Positions 48,507-61,100 of a stretch of DNA of 64,000 nucleotides are shown here, piece by piece (position 1 is the stretch's first letter; each line of letters begins with the position of its first letter). A program made the position numbers and the translations under genes. The DNA is from Centroscyllium fabricii. Taxonomy: Eukaryota. The stretch covers positions 83,948,001 through 84,012,000 of the forward strand of contig JBNRSN020000017.1 of assembly GCA_051313645.2 (NCBI GenBank), written 5' to 3'. Below the pieces are notes generated by a model. The model saw nothing but the letters and a program-made list of their open reading frames with translations. It was not told where the DNA came from and made no database searches.

Positions 48507-49020
48507 TTTCAAACAAAACTGTTGGACTAACCTGGTGTTGTGTGACTTCTTACATTCAATGAGGTAGCCCGCCTCTCCCGCTGGGAAACGCGTCCGAGTT
48601 AAATGCAGAAGTCGGCGGGTTCCCGACGTGCTGGCAATTTCCGTGATTGTTCCTGCCCACCAGCCCCCAAACCCGCCCCCTCGGCAACGGGAGAATTGCA
48701 GCCCACATGTCTCAGTGGTAGATTGTTTTAATTCCTCCAGTGTCATGGATACGCACAGGAACTGTGTGGACCTCATACGCATCAGTGCCAACCTCTCCGT
48801 GGTACCTACTTAAGTGGAGCTGCCCCCCCCTCAATGTCCACTGCACGTTTGTTGGTTCTTATACAAATTTTAAGCAGATTTTAAATAAACACATATGGCG
48901 ATTGCATTAATGTGAGCGAGCATATCAATTTCACCTGGGAACTGAATTTTTCAGGACCAAGCTTGCCCTTAATGAATCACTCCGAGTTTACCAATTCAGC
49001 CAGACATGGTGCATTAATAC

Positions 49021-49640
49021 GACAGCAAAATCCTGCGGGTGCTGGAAATCCGAAACAACAACAGAAAACGCTGGAGAAACTCAGCAGGCCAGGCAGCATG
49101 TGGAGAGAGAAACAGAGTTAACGTTTCAGGTCGATGACCTTTCTTCAGAACTGGAGAAGCCAGGAGGGGGGATAGATTTTAAAGCTTGTGGGGGCTGGGG
49201 ATAGAGGGGGCGCTGAAAGAACAAAAGAAAGATCAGCAACAGGCTAGAAGGTGGGGGAGATAAGAAACAGTAGGAGAAATTCAAGGAACAAAGGATGGCT
49301 CTGGATAGGTGTGAAGGGCTCTGACGGAGCAAAGAAAAAAGAAAAAAGCCCAGACGAAAGTGTGGATTGAAAAAGAGAGAAAATATATATCTGTAAAAAT
49401 ATGGTAGGGGCCGAGGATATAATCAAAAATTGTTGAACTCTTATGTTTAGTCCAGAGGGCTGTAGAGTGCCTTAGCGAAAGATGAGGTGCTGTTCCTCGA
49501 GTTTACGCTGAGCTTCCATGGAACAAAGCAACAGGACACAGACAGTGAGGTCTGAATGGGAGTGGAGCGGTGAATTAAAGTGACAGGCCACCGGGAGCTC
49601 GGGGTCCCCCTTAAAGACAGCATTTTCTGTTGTTATTAAG
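49021..49640 (-). mobile_element. Penelope-like element 3' fragment
   Basis: Minus strand encodes PELPVACHFNSPLHSHSDL...RKLEEQHLIFR*GTLQPSGLN (GIY-YIG C-terminus), then the terminal repeat. Confidence 0.85.
49116..49152 (-). ncRNA. Minimal type I hammerhead ribozyme
   Basis: AGTT-CTGAAGA-AAGGTC ATC GACCT-GAAA-CG-TT-AACT: core intact, stem I AGTT/AACT, palindromic AACGTT. Confidence 0.7.
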
Positions 49641-49817
49641 GTACATTAGTAGCAAACTGTACTTAGGCCACTTTTCCTTGAGGGAATCTTTTTGTGCTCA
49701 TTGAGGTCTGAGAGATCAGTGTTGAGGAATAAAATACATTGCTTTTATCTGCACAGTTCTGACATTAAACTTCCCAGATCAGACCTAGCTTGGACCAATG
49801 TATCACAGTGGCAATGC

Positions 49818-50716
49818 GAGGGAAATTTTTAAAAAGCTGTGGGAAGCTGGCGGGCTTTGGGCGGACCAGTTTTCTGTTCTGCCGGCTCAAGGACCTGGGA
49901 GGCCCGAGAGATTTTGGCTCAAGTGGCCAATTAAATCCCTGCCGAACTGTTGGGCTCCCAATACACAATAATGGGCGGGAGCAAAGCCCTTTACATTCAC
50001 AGTTTGAGTTGGGCGGGCTGTTGATTGACAGGCCTGAATAGTAAGAACTCACTAAGCTTGATTGACAGATCTGAAATGTTGCCTTTGTTCCTTTGTTTAC
50101 ATAGCCATGTGAGTCAGACTTTGAAAGAACCACTTGAAACCACAAAACAAACAGTTGAAGTGAGTCATGTTTGTTTGTGGTTTCAATGGAATGTAAACAG
50201 AAACTGATCCCTGGGTGATTGACAGCTGGGTTCACAGACACAGCGCAGCAGCATGATCTCTGTTAAATAGGAGCGATATGAAGGTGAGTGATTTCAAGGT
50301 TTTGGGCTCTGAAATTTCTCACCCTTGGTTGGCAGCTGCACCTCCAGCATGGTGGAGGCGAGCAAGATGCTGTGTGGGTGCTGTGCCCATGCCTTGAAGG
50401 TGGTAGACACCCAGCCGCCTGGGTTCCCACCACCTTTTTCATGGCGGGTTTTCACCAGGCGGGTTTTGGGTGGGAAGAGGGCTAAAATAGCTGAGGGCCC
50501 TTAAAATAGGATTAGCCATCCAATTAAGGGCCCTCAATGACCTCAATCTGTATCCCGACCGGCAGCGGGTGAGAGAAATGTCGGGCGGGCAAACATGTCT
50601 GCCGAAACTCCCAAATGGGCGGGGATCCGGTGGGGTGTCTTCCCGCCCGCCGGATTGGAATTTTTGAAACTGACCCTCCAGAAACCCGCACTCAGGGACC
50701 TCCTAAAATTTCCCCC
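49818..50716. mobile_element. Harbinger-type non-autonomous element
   Basis: TIR GGGAAATTTT ... AAAATTTCCC; internal similarity to 15511-16333 (CCAATTAAGGG, TGATTGACAG). Confidence 0.6.
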
Positions 50717-50966
50717 TGAATGTCAGAGCAGTGCTGCTCAGAGCTATGGGTAGAGGTAAGAACTAGGTTCACAGTCCAGCTCTGTTCAGTCCTGATCTGA
50801 CTGGAACCAAGACAACTTCTGAATAGCAGCCCATAACCCGACAGTGTGACAATCTCCATCACCGGCCCGCACTGCAATAGGGAGTCGAGGCACACTGGAG
50901 CAGATTCCAGGCATATTCATTTACTTCTATTAATATAGGGAATGGAAATATCAGAAGGCAGCATCA

Positions 50967-52446
50967 GGCGGCACGGTGGCACACTGGATAGCACTGTTGC
51001 CTCACAGCTCTGGAGACCCGGGTTCAAATCCAGCCTCGGGTACTATCTGTGTGGAGTTTGCACATTCTCCCCATGTCTGCGTGGGTTTCCTCCGGGTACT
51101 CCGGTTTCCTCCCACAGTCCAAAGATGTGCGGGTTAGGTTGATTGGCCAGGATAAATTAACCCTTAGTGTTAGGGGGATTGAATATGTGGGGTTACCGGG
51201 ATAGGATGGGATATGTGTCGGTGCAAGCTCGATAGGGATATGGGGGGGAGGGCAGGGGTGGGGTGCTGGGTTTGGGTGATCAGCCATGATTGTCATAGGT
51301 GGGATTCCCCTTTAAGGATTCCCCTTTAAATTCTGGTGGCCTCTTCTCCCTTAGATTGGCCAATACCTCATTTACTATTGCATACACCTGATTGTACCTT
51401 GTTTACTATTCCATACACCTGATTGGACAGCCCTAATCAACCAATATAGCTGGAGCTGTTTATAAGCTTTGACCTGGCACCAGGCATTTGCGGGATCGTT
51501 AATTCTGTAACTAGGAAACAGGTGTTCTGTTCCTAGCTCTCTGATGCAGTTGTATTGTGTGACTGACCTGCTTGCAGAAGAATGGGATTCTCCTTCTGGA
51601 ACTCTGTGTTGGAGTTTGTCCCTTCGGTGAAGCGGACTACCTGGAGAATCACTGTTTCTGCTTTTGGACTTGTTCTGTTCCTAGCTCTCTGATGCAGTCG
51701 AATTGTGTGACTGCCCTGCTCGCAGAAGAATTGGATTCTCCTTCTGGAACTCTGTGTTGGAGTTTGTCCCTTCGGTGAAGCGGACTACCTGGAGAATTAC
51801 TGCCCTGCTTGCAGAAGAATTGGATTCTCCTTCTGGAACTCTGTGTTGGAGTTTGTCCCTTCGGTGAAGCGGACTACCGGGAGAATTACTGCCCTGCTTG
51901 CAGAAGAATTGGATTCTCCTTCTGGAACTCTGTGTTGGAGTTTGTCCCTTCGGTGAAGCGGACTACCTGGAGAATCACTGTTTCTGCATTTGGACTTATT
52001 GCGCTCTATCACCTGAACTCTGGTTTGGACTTGTTACCCTCTATTACCTGAACTCTGGTTTAAGACTTGTTTATCTCTGTGAACTTACTGCAGTTATTGA
52101 CTTTATGTTTATATATCGTTTGGCGACTCGGAAATAAGGGTACTGCAGTTATTGACTTTATGTATATATATTGTTTGGCTACTCGGAAATAAGGGTACTG
52201 CAGTTATTGACTTTATGTATATATATTGTTTGGCGACTCAGAAATAGGAGTACTGCAGTTATTGACTTTATGTTTATATCTCGTTTGACGACTTGGAAAT
52301 AAAGGAATTTGAGTTCTAGGCTGACTTCCGGTGTCTTGCATTTGGGCCCCACCACCAACCGTTACAATGATCTCATTGAATGGCGGAGCAGGCTCGAAGG
52401 GCCGAATGGCCGACTCCTACTCCTAGTTTCTATGTTTCTATGTTTC
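50967..52446 (+). mobile_element. HE1-like V-SINE split by a solo LTR
   Basis: Head and V-domain at 50967-51290; tail resumes at 52367 (ATGATCTCATTGAATGGCGGAGC). Confidence 0.9.
51291..52366 (+). mobile_element. Solo LTR (1076 bp) with internal 89-bp and 55-bp tandem repeats
   Basis: TGTCA...TTACA, perfect 5-bp TSD ATGAT, CCAAT boxes, TTTATAA at ~51460, AATAAA at ~52298. Confidence 0.9.
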
Positions 52447-53097
52447 ATCGTTGAAGGCGGCCGAAAGGCAGACACATACAGAGGAGTGACTATACTTGTG
52501 GTACTTGCAGCTGAAAATATTCCTGTCGATAATTTTACAGAAATCCCATCTGCAACTCACACTGATATTTTCATTAAAATTATTGAGACGGAATTTAATC
52601 CCCAAGGCCTGGCAGAGCATATATGGGAATAAACTAATGGAGGAAAAACTGACATTTAAAAAGGACAGTATAACATGGACCAGAGGTCCAATGTGACTTA
52701 TGTAAGATTCGCAAAATTTCTTGCTTTCCCAGCCTTTGTAAAGCAAAGTTACAGAATATGGACACATTTTTAAAGTGAACAAAATGGAATCTGGGTCATT
52801 TTCTCCCCAGCAACAGGGGCCAGAGACAGGCTGTTATTTCAAAAGTACATGGAGTCATAGCTCCAGATGAGAGCATTGAATATGCATGGAGGGCCGGCCA
52901 GCAGGCCGACAGATACAAAGGACGCTTAATTGGATAACGATCAACGTTTATTTTGGGCAAAACATCAAAACAAGCCACTTCTATTCAACCACGGAAGTTT
53001 CGGTGTTCAGGTACAAGATACAGAAAGGGAGGCCGGGATAAGGCCATCGGAAAGAAATGAACAGTTTTACATTCATTTAACATCAAGTACCAGCTTT

Positions 53098-54054
53098 TGT
53101 TAAACAGCAAAAGCCCGCCAAATTAAACAAAGACTGACCTGATCTGGTGCGAGATAAGATGCTGTCCGATTAGTATAACCGTACAGGGAATGAAACAAAA
53201 GGGCAGGCAGAGCATGGTAGGCCAAGACACAGGCAGGTAACCATAAAGGTCGGTGCTCCAGTTCGTGCGCAGACACGACCCCTGGTCCATACTGAAAGTC
53301 CCTGGCCATTGCCCCCATGCCATACCATGAGGCCGGGACCGAATTGGGGCCAGGTACTAAACGGGACAGTGAAACACCTCAGTACAGACTGGAGCAAGAC
53401 TAGGCCTTGCCCGAATAACAGTGTTGGGCACAACATTAAAGATAGAGAGCTGGCGTTTGAGGGTGCCTGGGGCGAGAATCGAATATACAGGCCCCAGCAA
53501 TCACTCGCCAGAAGAAGGAGAAGTTCCATTAAAGTCTCTACGAGGACCAACTAATTCCATGGTTGTCGGAGAACCACAAGGCGCCCAGCCCTGGAGGACG
53601 TGAAGTCTTGCGTGAGACGTATGCGCCGCAGCCCATTGCCCATGTGAGGACGTAAAGCCTGAAAGACCAGGGCCAAAACTCAAAAACTTTGTTGCATTAA
53701 AACTAGGCTGGTGAGCATGAAATCGGTATAGCGGGGTGGGAATTAAGGTTAAGTGATTGCTAAAATTGTCATTCATATCCCTCGATGTGTCGTGTGCTTC
53801 CCAAACCTGTACCAATGTATAGCGATTGAATTGTTTTACCTGTAGTGTACCATTGATAATTTTCTTCTTATTAAAACCTTTAAGTTTGTTTGACTTACTC
53901 AAGTCGTCTGTCTACCTGTGTTATTGCACCACCAGTGGTCTGGCAATAAGCCCAGTGTCCAGAATCAGGAGGGGGAGTGGGAGCACCTCAAAACCGCTCA
54001 CGGGCAGGTACGGGCCAAACCGACCTCGCACACCACCCAGCCAAACCCCCTACA
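53098..54054 (+). mobile_element. Probable solo LTR (957 bp)
   Basis: TGTTA...CTACA, flanks CTTT/CTTA (4-bp TSD with one mismatch), ATTAAA at ~53870. Confidence 0.5.
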
Positions 54055-55236
54055 CTTACTCCCAACAAACAGAAGGCCACCACCATCGCTGTGAGTTGAA
54101 GTAATGGAAACTGTCCTGCTGTTGGGATGTGGAGTTTTTTTCTAAGGTTGGCTATTGTGATGACTGCCACTTTTGTGTTTGTTCCAGGATCCTGCTTTAG
54201 GTGAGTGATTCCTGTGGGCTGCTTTTCCACTTTTAGGTTGCGATTCCGAAGCTGGACTCTGGGCTCCGCTGTGCAACACGAAGAACCCAGAGTCCCGGAG
54301 TTTAGACCTCAAATAACAAAATGGCTCCACTAATCAGATGGAACACTTGTGGACCTCTGGCTTCCTGTTGGCTCCCAGCATCCTGGGTCTTTATACTGTG
54401 GAATACACAGGGAATCGGGTGCTGCTCCCAGACCTCTGCCACTATCCACCTTAAGGCATTATGATACGCCAGGGCCCAGTCAAGGGACAATGATTCAAAG
54501 GGGACAAAAGGGTAATAGATCATTGGGCCATACTGCTGCTGGAAATAAAATGACTCACATCCAAGTGAAGCAGTCCTCTTAAGTGAGATGGACATAAATG
54601 ATTTGTTTTCACTGGGTATATAGATCAAACTCACCGTTGCATAGATACTACTTTTATTTGAAAACTTCTGCCGTCTTGGTTCCTATCTTCATTCTGGCAG
54701 TGCTCACAGATCCTCCTCAGGATTAGAAACATAAACTAACAGGAGCAGGAGTCGGCCATTCGACCCATCTGATCATGGCTGATCCTCTGTCTCAATACCA
54801 TTTTCCCGCTCTCTCCCCATTTTCTTCCGTGGATGTTTTCCTCACTGTATACTCTTTATGGTAGCCTGGTATTTTTACCCTTTATGCCAACAAAAGACTC
54901 AACATGGCAACAAAATGATGGAAAGCAATGACTAATTTAGCGAAATATCATTCCAATGTAAAGCAGCACAATAGTTGCTGTGGCTTGCCTGTGTCCAACC
55001 AAAAGTGCTCCTTCCAGGGTAGGTCCCAGCCATTGAAAATAGCAAGGCATCTTACGATTCATGCGGGATGAACGTATCTGTGGTTTAAGAATCTTCTAAT
55101 GGTAATCTTTATAACCACTACAATTAGTTGATGGAATTCCAGGGCTTTCTCTTCACTAAAGTCAGGGCCGGAATAATGTAAAGGAAGTGGCGTGGAACTA
55201 TAATGATTGATTCCAGTTCACCTTGTGGAAACAGAA

Positions 55237-55916
55237 GGGTAAAGTTTCCCTCGGGTGTGGGGAATTGGCGGGTTTCCAGCGGGTCAGGTTTCCCACATGA
55301 ATACTGAAGGGCCTGGGAGCCCCACGCAATTTTGGCTCAATTGGCCAATTGATTCCCCGCATGTGGGAACCCTTGCCAATTGACTATTTCAAGTCAGATA
55401 GTCAGCGACACCGGGATGGTGCCGGCAGCTTAAAGACTAGAGCCTAGGTTTCAATGCGAGGTGCAGCATTGCTCTCTCATTGACAGCTGCTGGTCAGTTT
55501 CAATGAGAGGCACAGCACAACTCTCTCACTGCCAGCTGCTGGTCAGTTTCAATGAGAGCCGCAGCACAGCTCTCTCACTGACAGCTGCTGATCAGTTTCA
55601 ATGAGAGGCACAGCACAGCTCTCTCACTGACAGCTGCTGGTCAGTTTCAATGAGAGGTGCTGCAGAGCTCTCTCACTGACAGCAAAAAGAGCTACAAGGT
55701 GAGCTAATGAAAAGTTATAATCTCACTGAAATTGCACACCCTGGGGATACAGTTAGCCCTCCTGCAGGCTGATGCCCAGCGCCAACTTCTGGTACAGCTG
55801 ATTGCATGTCATCCTTTGACTTCAGCTGATAGTCAGCAAGCCGATTGTGTCCCCACCAGGTTTCAATGGCAGGGTTTCAAGCTGACGGGTTATGGATGGG
55901 GAACGCCTGAAAATCT
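55237..55916. mobile_element. Truncated Harbinger-type element with 5 x 49-bp internal repeats (55448-55684)
   Basis: Left end colinear with 15511-15690; unit GTTTCAATGAGAGGCACAGCACAGCTCTCTCACTGACAGCTGCTGGTCA. Confidence 0.7.
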
Positions 55917-58165
55917 TCACAAAGGAAGACACAAACAACCTCCCGGAGATGTCGGGGAACATAGGGACTAATGAGAGGGAGGAACTGAAATAATCAGTAT
56001 TTGTAGGGAAATGGTTTTGGGGAAGTTGACGAGATTGAAGGCCGATAAATCGCCAGAGCCTGATAATCTACATCTTAGGGTACTTAAGAAAGTGACCCTG
56101 GAGATAGTCGATGCATTGCTGGTCATCTTCCAGACCTCGATAGACTCTGGAATTCAATTCAAATTTATAGTCATTGCAGAGTACTAGTACAATACAACAA
56201 AATTAAAACTCGCCGCTCCCGAGAGTAGTGCAAACAGTAAAGTACATTTCAGGTGTGCAGATACTGGAATTTTTTGTTACAGTTCAGGAGGCTGACAGCC
56301 CTGGGGAAGAAGCTGTTCTTAAATCTAGTCGTGCGGGTGCAAATTGATCTGTAGCGTCTCCCGGAGGGCAGGGGGCGAACAGACTATGGCTGGGGTGTGT
56401 GGGGTCTTTAATAATGTTCAGAGACCTCCGTAGGCAGCATTTGAGGTAGGTGCATTCAATTGACGGTAGCTAGGTGCCGGTGATTCGTTGGGCAGTTTTG
56501 ACTACCCGCTGCAGGGTAGTCAAAACTGCCCAACCAAGATGGTACAGTTTCCATAACAGACTGTGATGCAGCTTGTCAGAATGCTTTTGATTGTGCAGCG
56601 GTAGAAGTTGGTGAGGATGCCGGATGTCAGCTTGGCTTTTTTCAGCTTCCTGAGGAAATACAGGCGCTGTTGGGCCTTCTTAATCAGAGAGGAGGTGTTT
56701 AGTGACCAGGCGAGGTCTTCCGAAATGTGGACCCAGAGGAACTTGAAGCTGGACACCCTTTCCACCTCAGCCCCTTGGATGAAGATGGGGGTGGGTCTTC
56801 TGCTTTTAGTCTTCCAGAAATCCACTATGATCTCCTTGGTTTTCTTGGTGTTCAGTGCCAGGTTGTTGTCGGCACAACATCCCACAAGGTGCTGAATCTC
56901 GTCCCTGTAGGCTGACTCATCGTTGTTGGTGATCTGGCCAACCACCGTGGTGTCGTCCGCAAACTTGATGATCATGTTGGAGCCATGGACAGCCGCACAG
57001 TCGTGGGTGAAGAGGGAGTAGAGGAGGGGGCTCAGCACACAGCCTTGTGGGGCCCCCGTGTTCAGGGTAAGGGGGGGGAGGTGAGGTTGCCTAACTTCAC
57101 AGACTGTGGTCTGTTGGTTAGGAAGTCCAGGATCCAGTTGCAGAGGGAGGTGTTCAGGCCGAGGGTGAGGAGTTTGGTAGACAACTTGCTGGGGATGATA
57201 GTGTTGAATGCTGAGCTGTAGTCAATAAACAGCATTCTGATATATGTATCTTTGCTATCGAGGTGGTTTAGTGCCGAGTGAAGAGCCATAGTGATTGCAT
57301 CTTCCGTTGATCTGTTTCCTCGATAGGCAAACTGGTATTCGTCCAGGGCGGCGGGAACGCTGGCTTTGATGTGGGCCAGGACCAGCCGCTCAACACACTT
57401 CATGATTATGGGTGTGAGTGTGACAGGGCGGTAGTCGTTCAGGCACGTCACGGCCGTTTTCTTGGGCACAGGGATGATGGTGGCGGTCTTGAAGCCTTCG
57501 TCAGTGGCAGGTTGAAGATGTCGGTGAAGACCTCAGCCAGTTGGTCAGCACAGTCTTTCCATGCCCGGCCGGGGATGCCGTCAGGACCCGCGGCCTTCCA
57601 TGCGTTCACTCCACGTAGAGCACCTCTTACGTCGGAGGATGACAGTATTAGTGGCTGGTCTTCCGGAGTTTGCAAGACTTTGGTGGCTGGCTTCCTGTTG
57701 TCCCTGTCGAAGCGAGCATAGAAGTTGTTGAGTTCCTCTGGTAGGGAGGCATCGCTGGTTGGGGGGCTGCTGTTCTTGCACTTGTAGTCCGTGATGGACT
57801 GTATGCCTTGCCACATACGCCGAGTTGTTGTGGAAGTGTTCCTCCATCTTCAGTGTCTGATTGCGTTTGGCAGACCTGATTCCCCTCTTTAGGTTGGCCC
57901 TGGCTGTGCTGTAAGCCGCCACGTCACCAGATTTGAAAGCTGCGTCACGTGCCTTCAGCAGCGAGCGGACCTCCCCGTTCATCCAGGGTTTCTGGTTGGG
58001 GAATGTATTGATGGTTTTTTGGGTAGTGACCACCTCGACACAGCTGATGATGTAGAATAGAACTGTGAATGCGTATTCCTCGATGTCCGTGTGAGCGAAC
58101 ATGCTCCATTCAGTGCGTTCGAAGCAGTCTTGTAGCTCTGAGACTGCCCCTTCTGGCCATACCCT

Positions 58166-61100
58166 TGTGGCGGATCGCCGGCTGGCGAATCAGTCTCGGG
58201 AATACTGCGGGGCATAGCCCCGCCCACCGGGTGACGCGATGACATCATCACGTCTCAGCGTGATGACGTCAGAGGTCAGAGGTTGCAGAGCGGGGGTTTT
58301 AAAAGAGCCTGCACCTCGTGGCTCACTCTCTTTCTGTTTAAGTTTGGTTGAATAAAGAAGTGTTGATTGTCCCTCTTCGGCTCCTGTTTGATCCTTGGGT
58401 CCTGTAAGCACTACAGTGGTGACCCCGTCTTGGAACGTCTTCCGAGAAGAAAATAGCAGCTTAACAGGGTTTAAGCCAAGCAGCCTGTACAGCCTCGGGA
58501 CATTTTGAACACGCAACCTGCAACGATGTCCACAACTAACAGAAACCAGCCTTCCCATCAGCAAGGACGTGGCCAGAACCCCGGGCACCGACTGACTTTA
58601 CCAGAGTTCTGGGAGCAACGCCCGGCAGCGTGGTTCATGTGCATCGAGACCAGCTGCCGCACCCATGGCATCCAGGGGGACGACCGCTATGACCTAGTCT
58701 TCACGGCTCTACCGCAGTCGACGATCGACCGGATGTGGTCAGAGTTACAGAGCGCGCCCGCAACAGGCAGGTACGACTTTATTAAGGCCGCGCTACTCAA
58801 ATAATTCACCCCGACCCAGTTCGAGCGCGACTGCCAACTTCTCAACCTCCCCGAACTCAGGGACGCAGATCCATCTGACCTTTGGGGCCAGATGCAGGCG
58901 CTGACCACCGACCCCGCCTCCCTGTTCCGCACCATTTTCCTCCTTAAGCTGCCCCCCCTCCATCAGACCGGCCCTGGCGGCTCTCAGGAACCTGAGCGGC
59001 GACGAGCTAGCCGAGGAAGCCGACAGGCTCATGGCAGCCGAGCGCACCCGCTCCGCCACGTGTGACTTGACCGCCGCGGCAGTCGAGCCCGCCAACACGC
59101 CCCCCATGTCCGCCCCGATGCCTGAACCAAGGCCCCCGCGCCCTCCCAGACAACCGCGTGCCGCGAGCACCGGTTGGTGTCACTACCACGCGCGGTTCGG
59201 CGCCAAAGCGCACCGCTGCGTCCTGCCCTGCACGTTCAAGCCACAGCCCAGCCCAGCCCCCACCACGTCCGTAGGCCACGCCGGAGCCCTGCTCTATGTT
59301 ACAGACAGAGGCACGGGTCTCCGGTTCCTCTGCTACACGGGCGCACAACACAGCATCGTGCCAGCCTCCACCGCAGAAGCCCAACAAGGTGCCTAGGGCC
59401 CGCCCCTCGCGGCGGCTAACGGCTCTGACATAAAAACATACGGGACCCGCAAGCTAGCCATCCAGCTTGCCGGCCATACGTATGAATGGGAGTTCGTCAC
59501 AGCCAAGGTCACTTCACCCCTCCTTGGGGCAGATTTCCTGTGCGCACACGGCCTCCTGGTCGACATGACCCGGCGCCGTCTGGTCGACATCAAAAACATG
59601 TTGCCCATCCCATGCTCCGTGGGGCCGGCACTACTAGCCCACGCGGCGGCACGATGCCATGCCCGGAAGTCCGACGCGTACAATGCGCTCCTTTCCGAGT
59701 TCCCGACACCGACCAACCCCACCTTCACCGCCCGAGCGGCCAAACACGGGGTGGAACATTTTATTCCCACCACCGGCCCTCCCGTACACGCCCACGCCCG
59801 CAGGCTGGACCCGGCCAAGCTGGAGATTGCGCGCGCTGAGTTTGACACAATGGAGCAATTCGGCATAATCCGCCCCTCCAGCAGCTCCTGGGCCTCTCGC
59901 CTCCACATTGCCCCCAAGCCGGGCGGAGGTTGGCGCCCCTGCGGCGACTACCGCCGCCTTAATAATGCCACCACCCCAGACAGGTACCCCATACCCCACA
60001 TTCAGGATTTCTGGGCCAGGCCAGCGGGCTGCACGGTCTTTTCCAAGATCGACCTGGTACGTGGCTACCACCATGTCCCGGTGCACCCGGCAGATGTCCC
60101 TAAGACAGCCGTGATAACCCCCTTTGGCCTGTTCGAGTTCCTGAGAATGCCCTTTGGGCTCAAAAACACGGCCCAGGCCTTCCAGCGCCTAATGGACTCA
60201 GTCCTACGGGACTTGCAGTTCATCTTCGTCTATCTAGACGACATCCTCGTGGCCAGCACCTTCCCCCAGGAGCACCTCCTGCATCTCAGGACCCTGTTCC
60301 AGCGCCTGGCAGAACACGGCCTTATATTAAGCCCCTCAAAGTGCAAATTCGGCCTGGACATTATAGACTTCCTGGGCCACCGCATTTCAAAGCCGGGGTC
60401 ATACCCCTGCCCTCCAAAGTGCAGGCGGTCCAGGAGTTCACCCGCCCGCACACCGTCAGGGGCCTGCGGGAGTTCCTCGGGATGGTTAATTTTTATAACC
60501 GCTTAATCCCGGGAGCAGCCGCCCTCATGGCTCCCCTATACCAGGCCACACGCGGGCAGTCCGGCAAAGCCGCTGTCGAGTGGACGGCCGACGCCGCCAC
60601 CGCGTTCACCGAAACTAAGACTTCCCTAGCTAATGCCACCCTCCTAGCCCACCCCAGGCCCAACGCCAGAGTGGCCCTCATCACTGACGCCTCCGACCAC
60701 GCCGTCGGGGCCGTTTTTGAACAGTGGGTGGACAACTCTTGGCAGCCCCTGGCCTTTTTCAGCCGGCACCTACGGCCCCCGGAGGTCAAGTACAGCGCCT
60801 TCGACAGGGTGCTCCTTGCTCTCTTCCTCGCTGTGCGCCATTTTCGCTTCCTCCTTGAGGACCGTCATTTCACAGCCTTCGTGGATCATAAGCCGCTGAC
60901 TTTTGCGATGGCTAAGATCACTGAACCCTGGTCGGCCAGGCAGCAGCGCCGGCTCGCGGCCGTGTCGTAATTTACGACCGACATACAGCATATCTCCGGC
61001 CGCGACAACGTGGTAGCCGACTGCCTGTCACGCCCCACAATCAACGCCGCCCAACTGGCGGTGGATTATGCCAAATTGGCAGCAGACCAACTTGTGGACC

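Larger units (their letters stand above)
36544..48705. mobile_element. Degenerate autonomous-type Harbinger/PIF transposon (convergent Myb/SANT and transposase genes) with nested insertions
   Basis: Myb-like gene on +, HARBI1-like transposase on -, stops converging at 41211 and 41430. Weak TIR candidates GGCAGGAATTTC / GAATTGCAGCCC; ends approximate. Confidence 0.8.

Noticed and set aside
51291-54054. A single provirus or ERV bounded by the two LTR-like sequences
   Set aside because: The LTRs are unrelated in sequence, and the first has its own perfect TSD inside a SINE.
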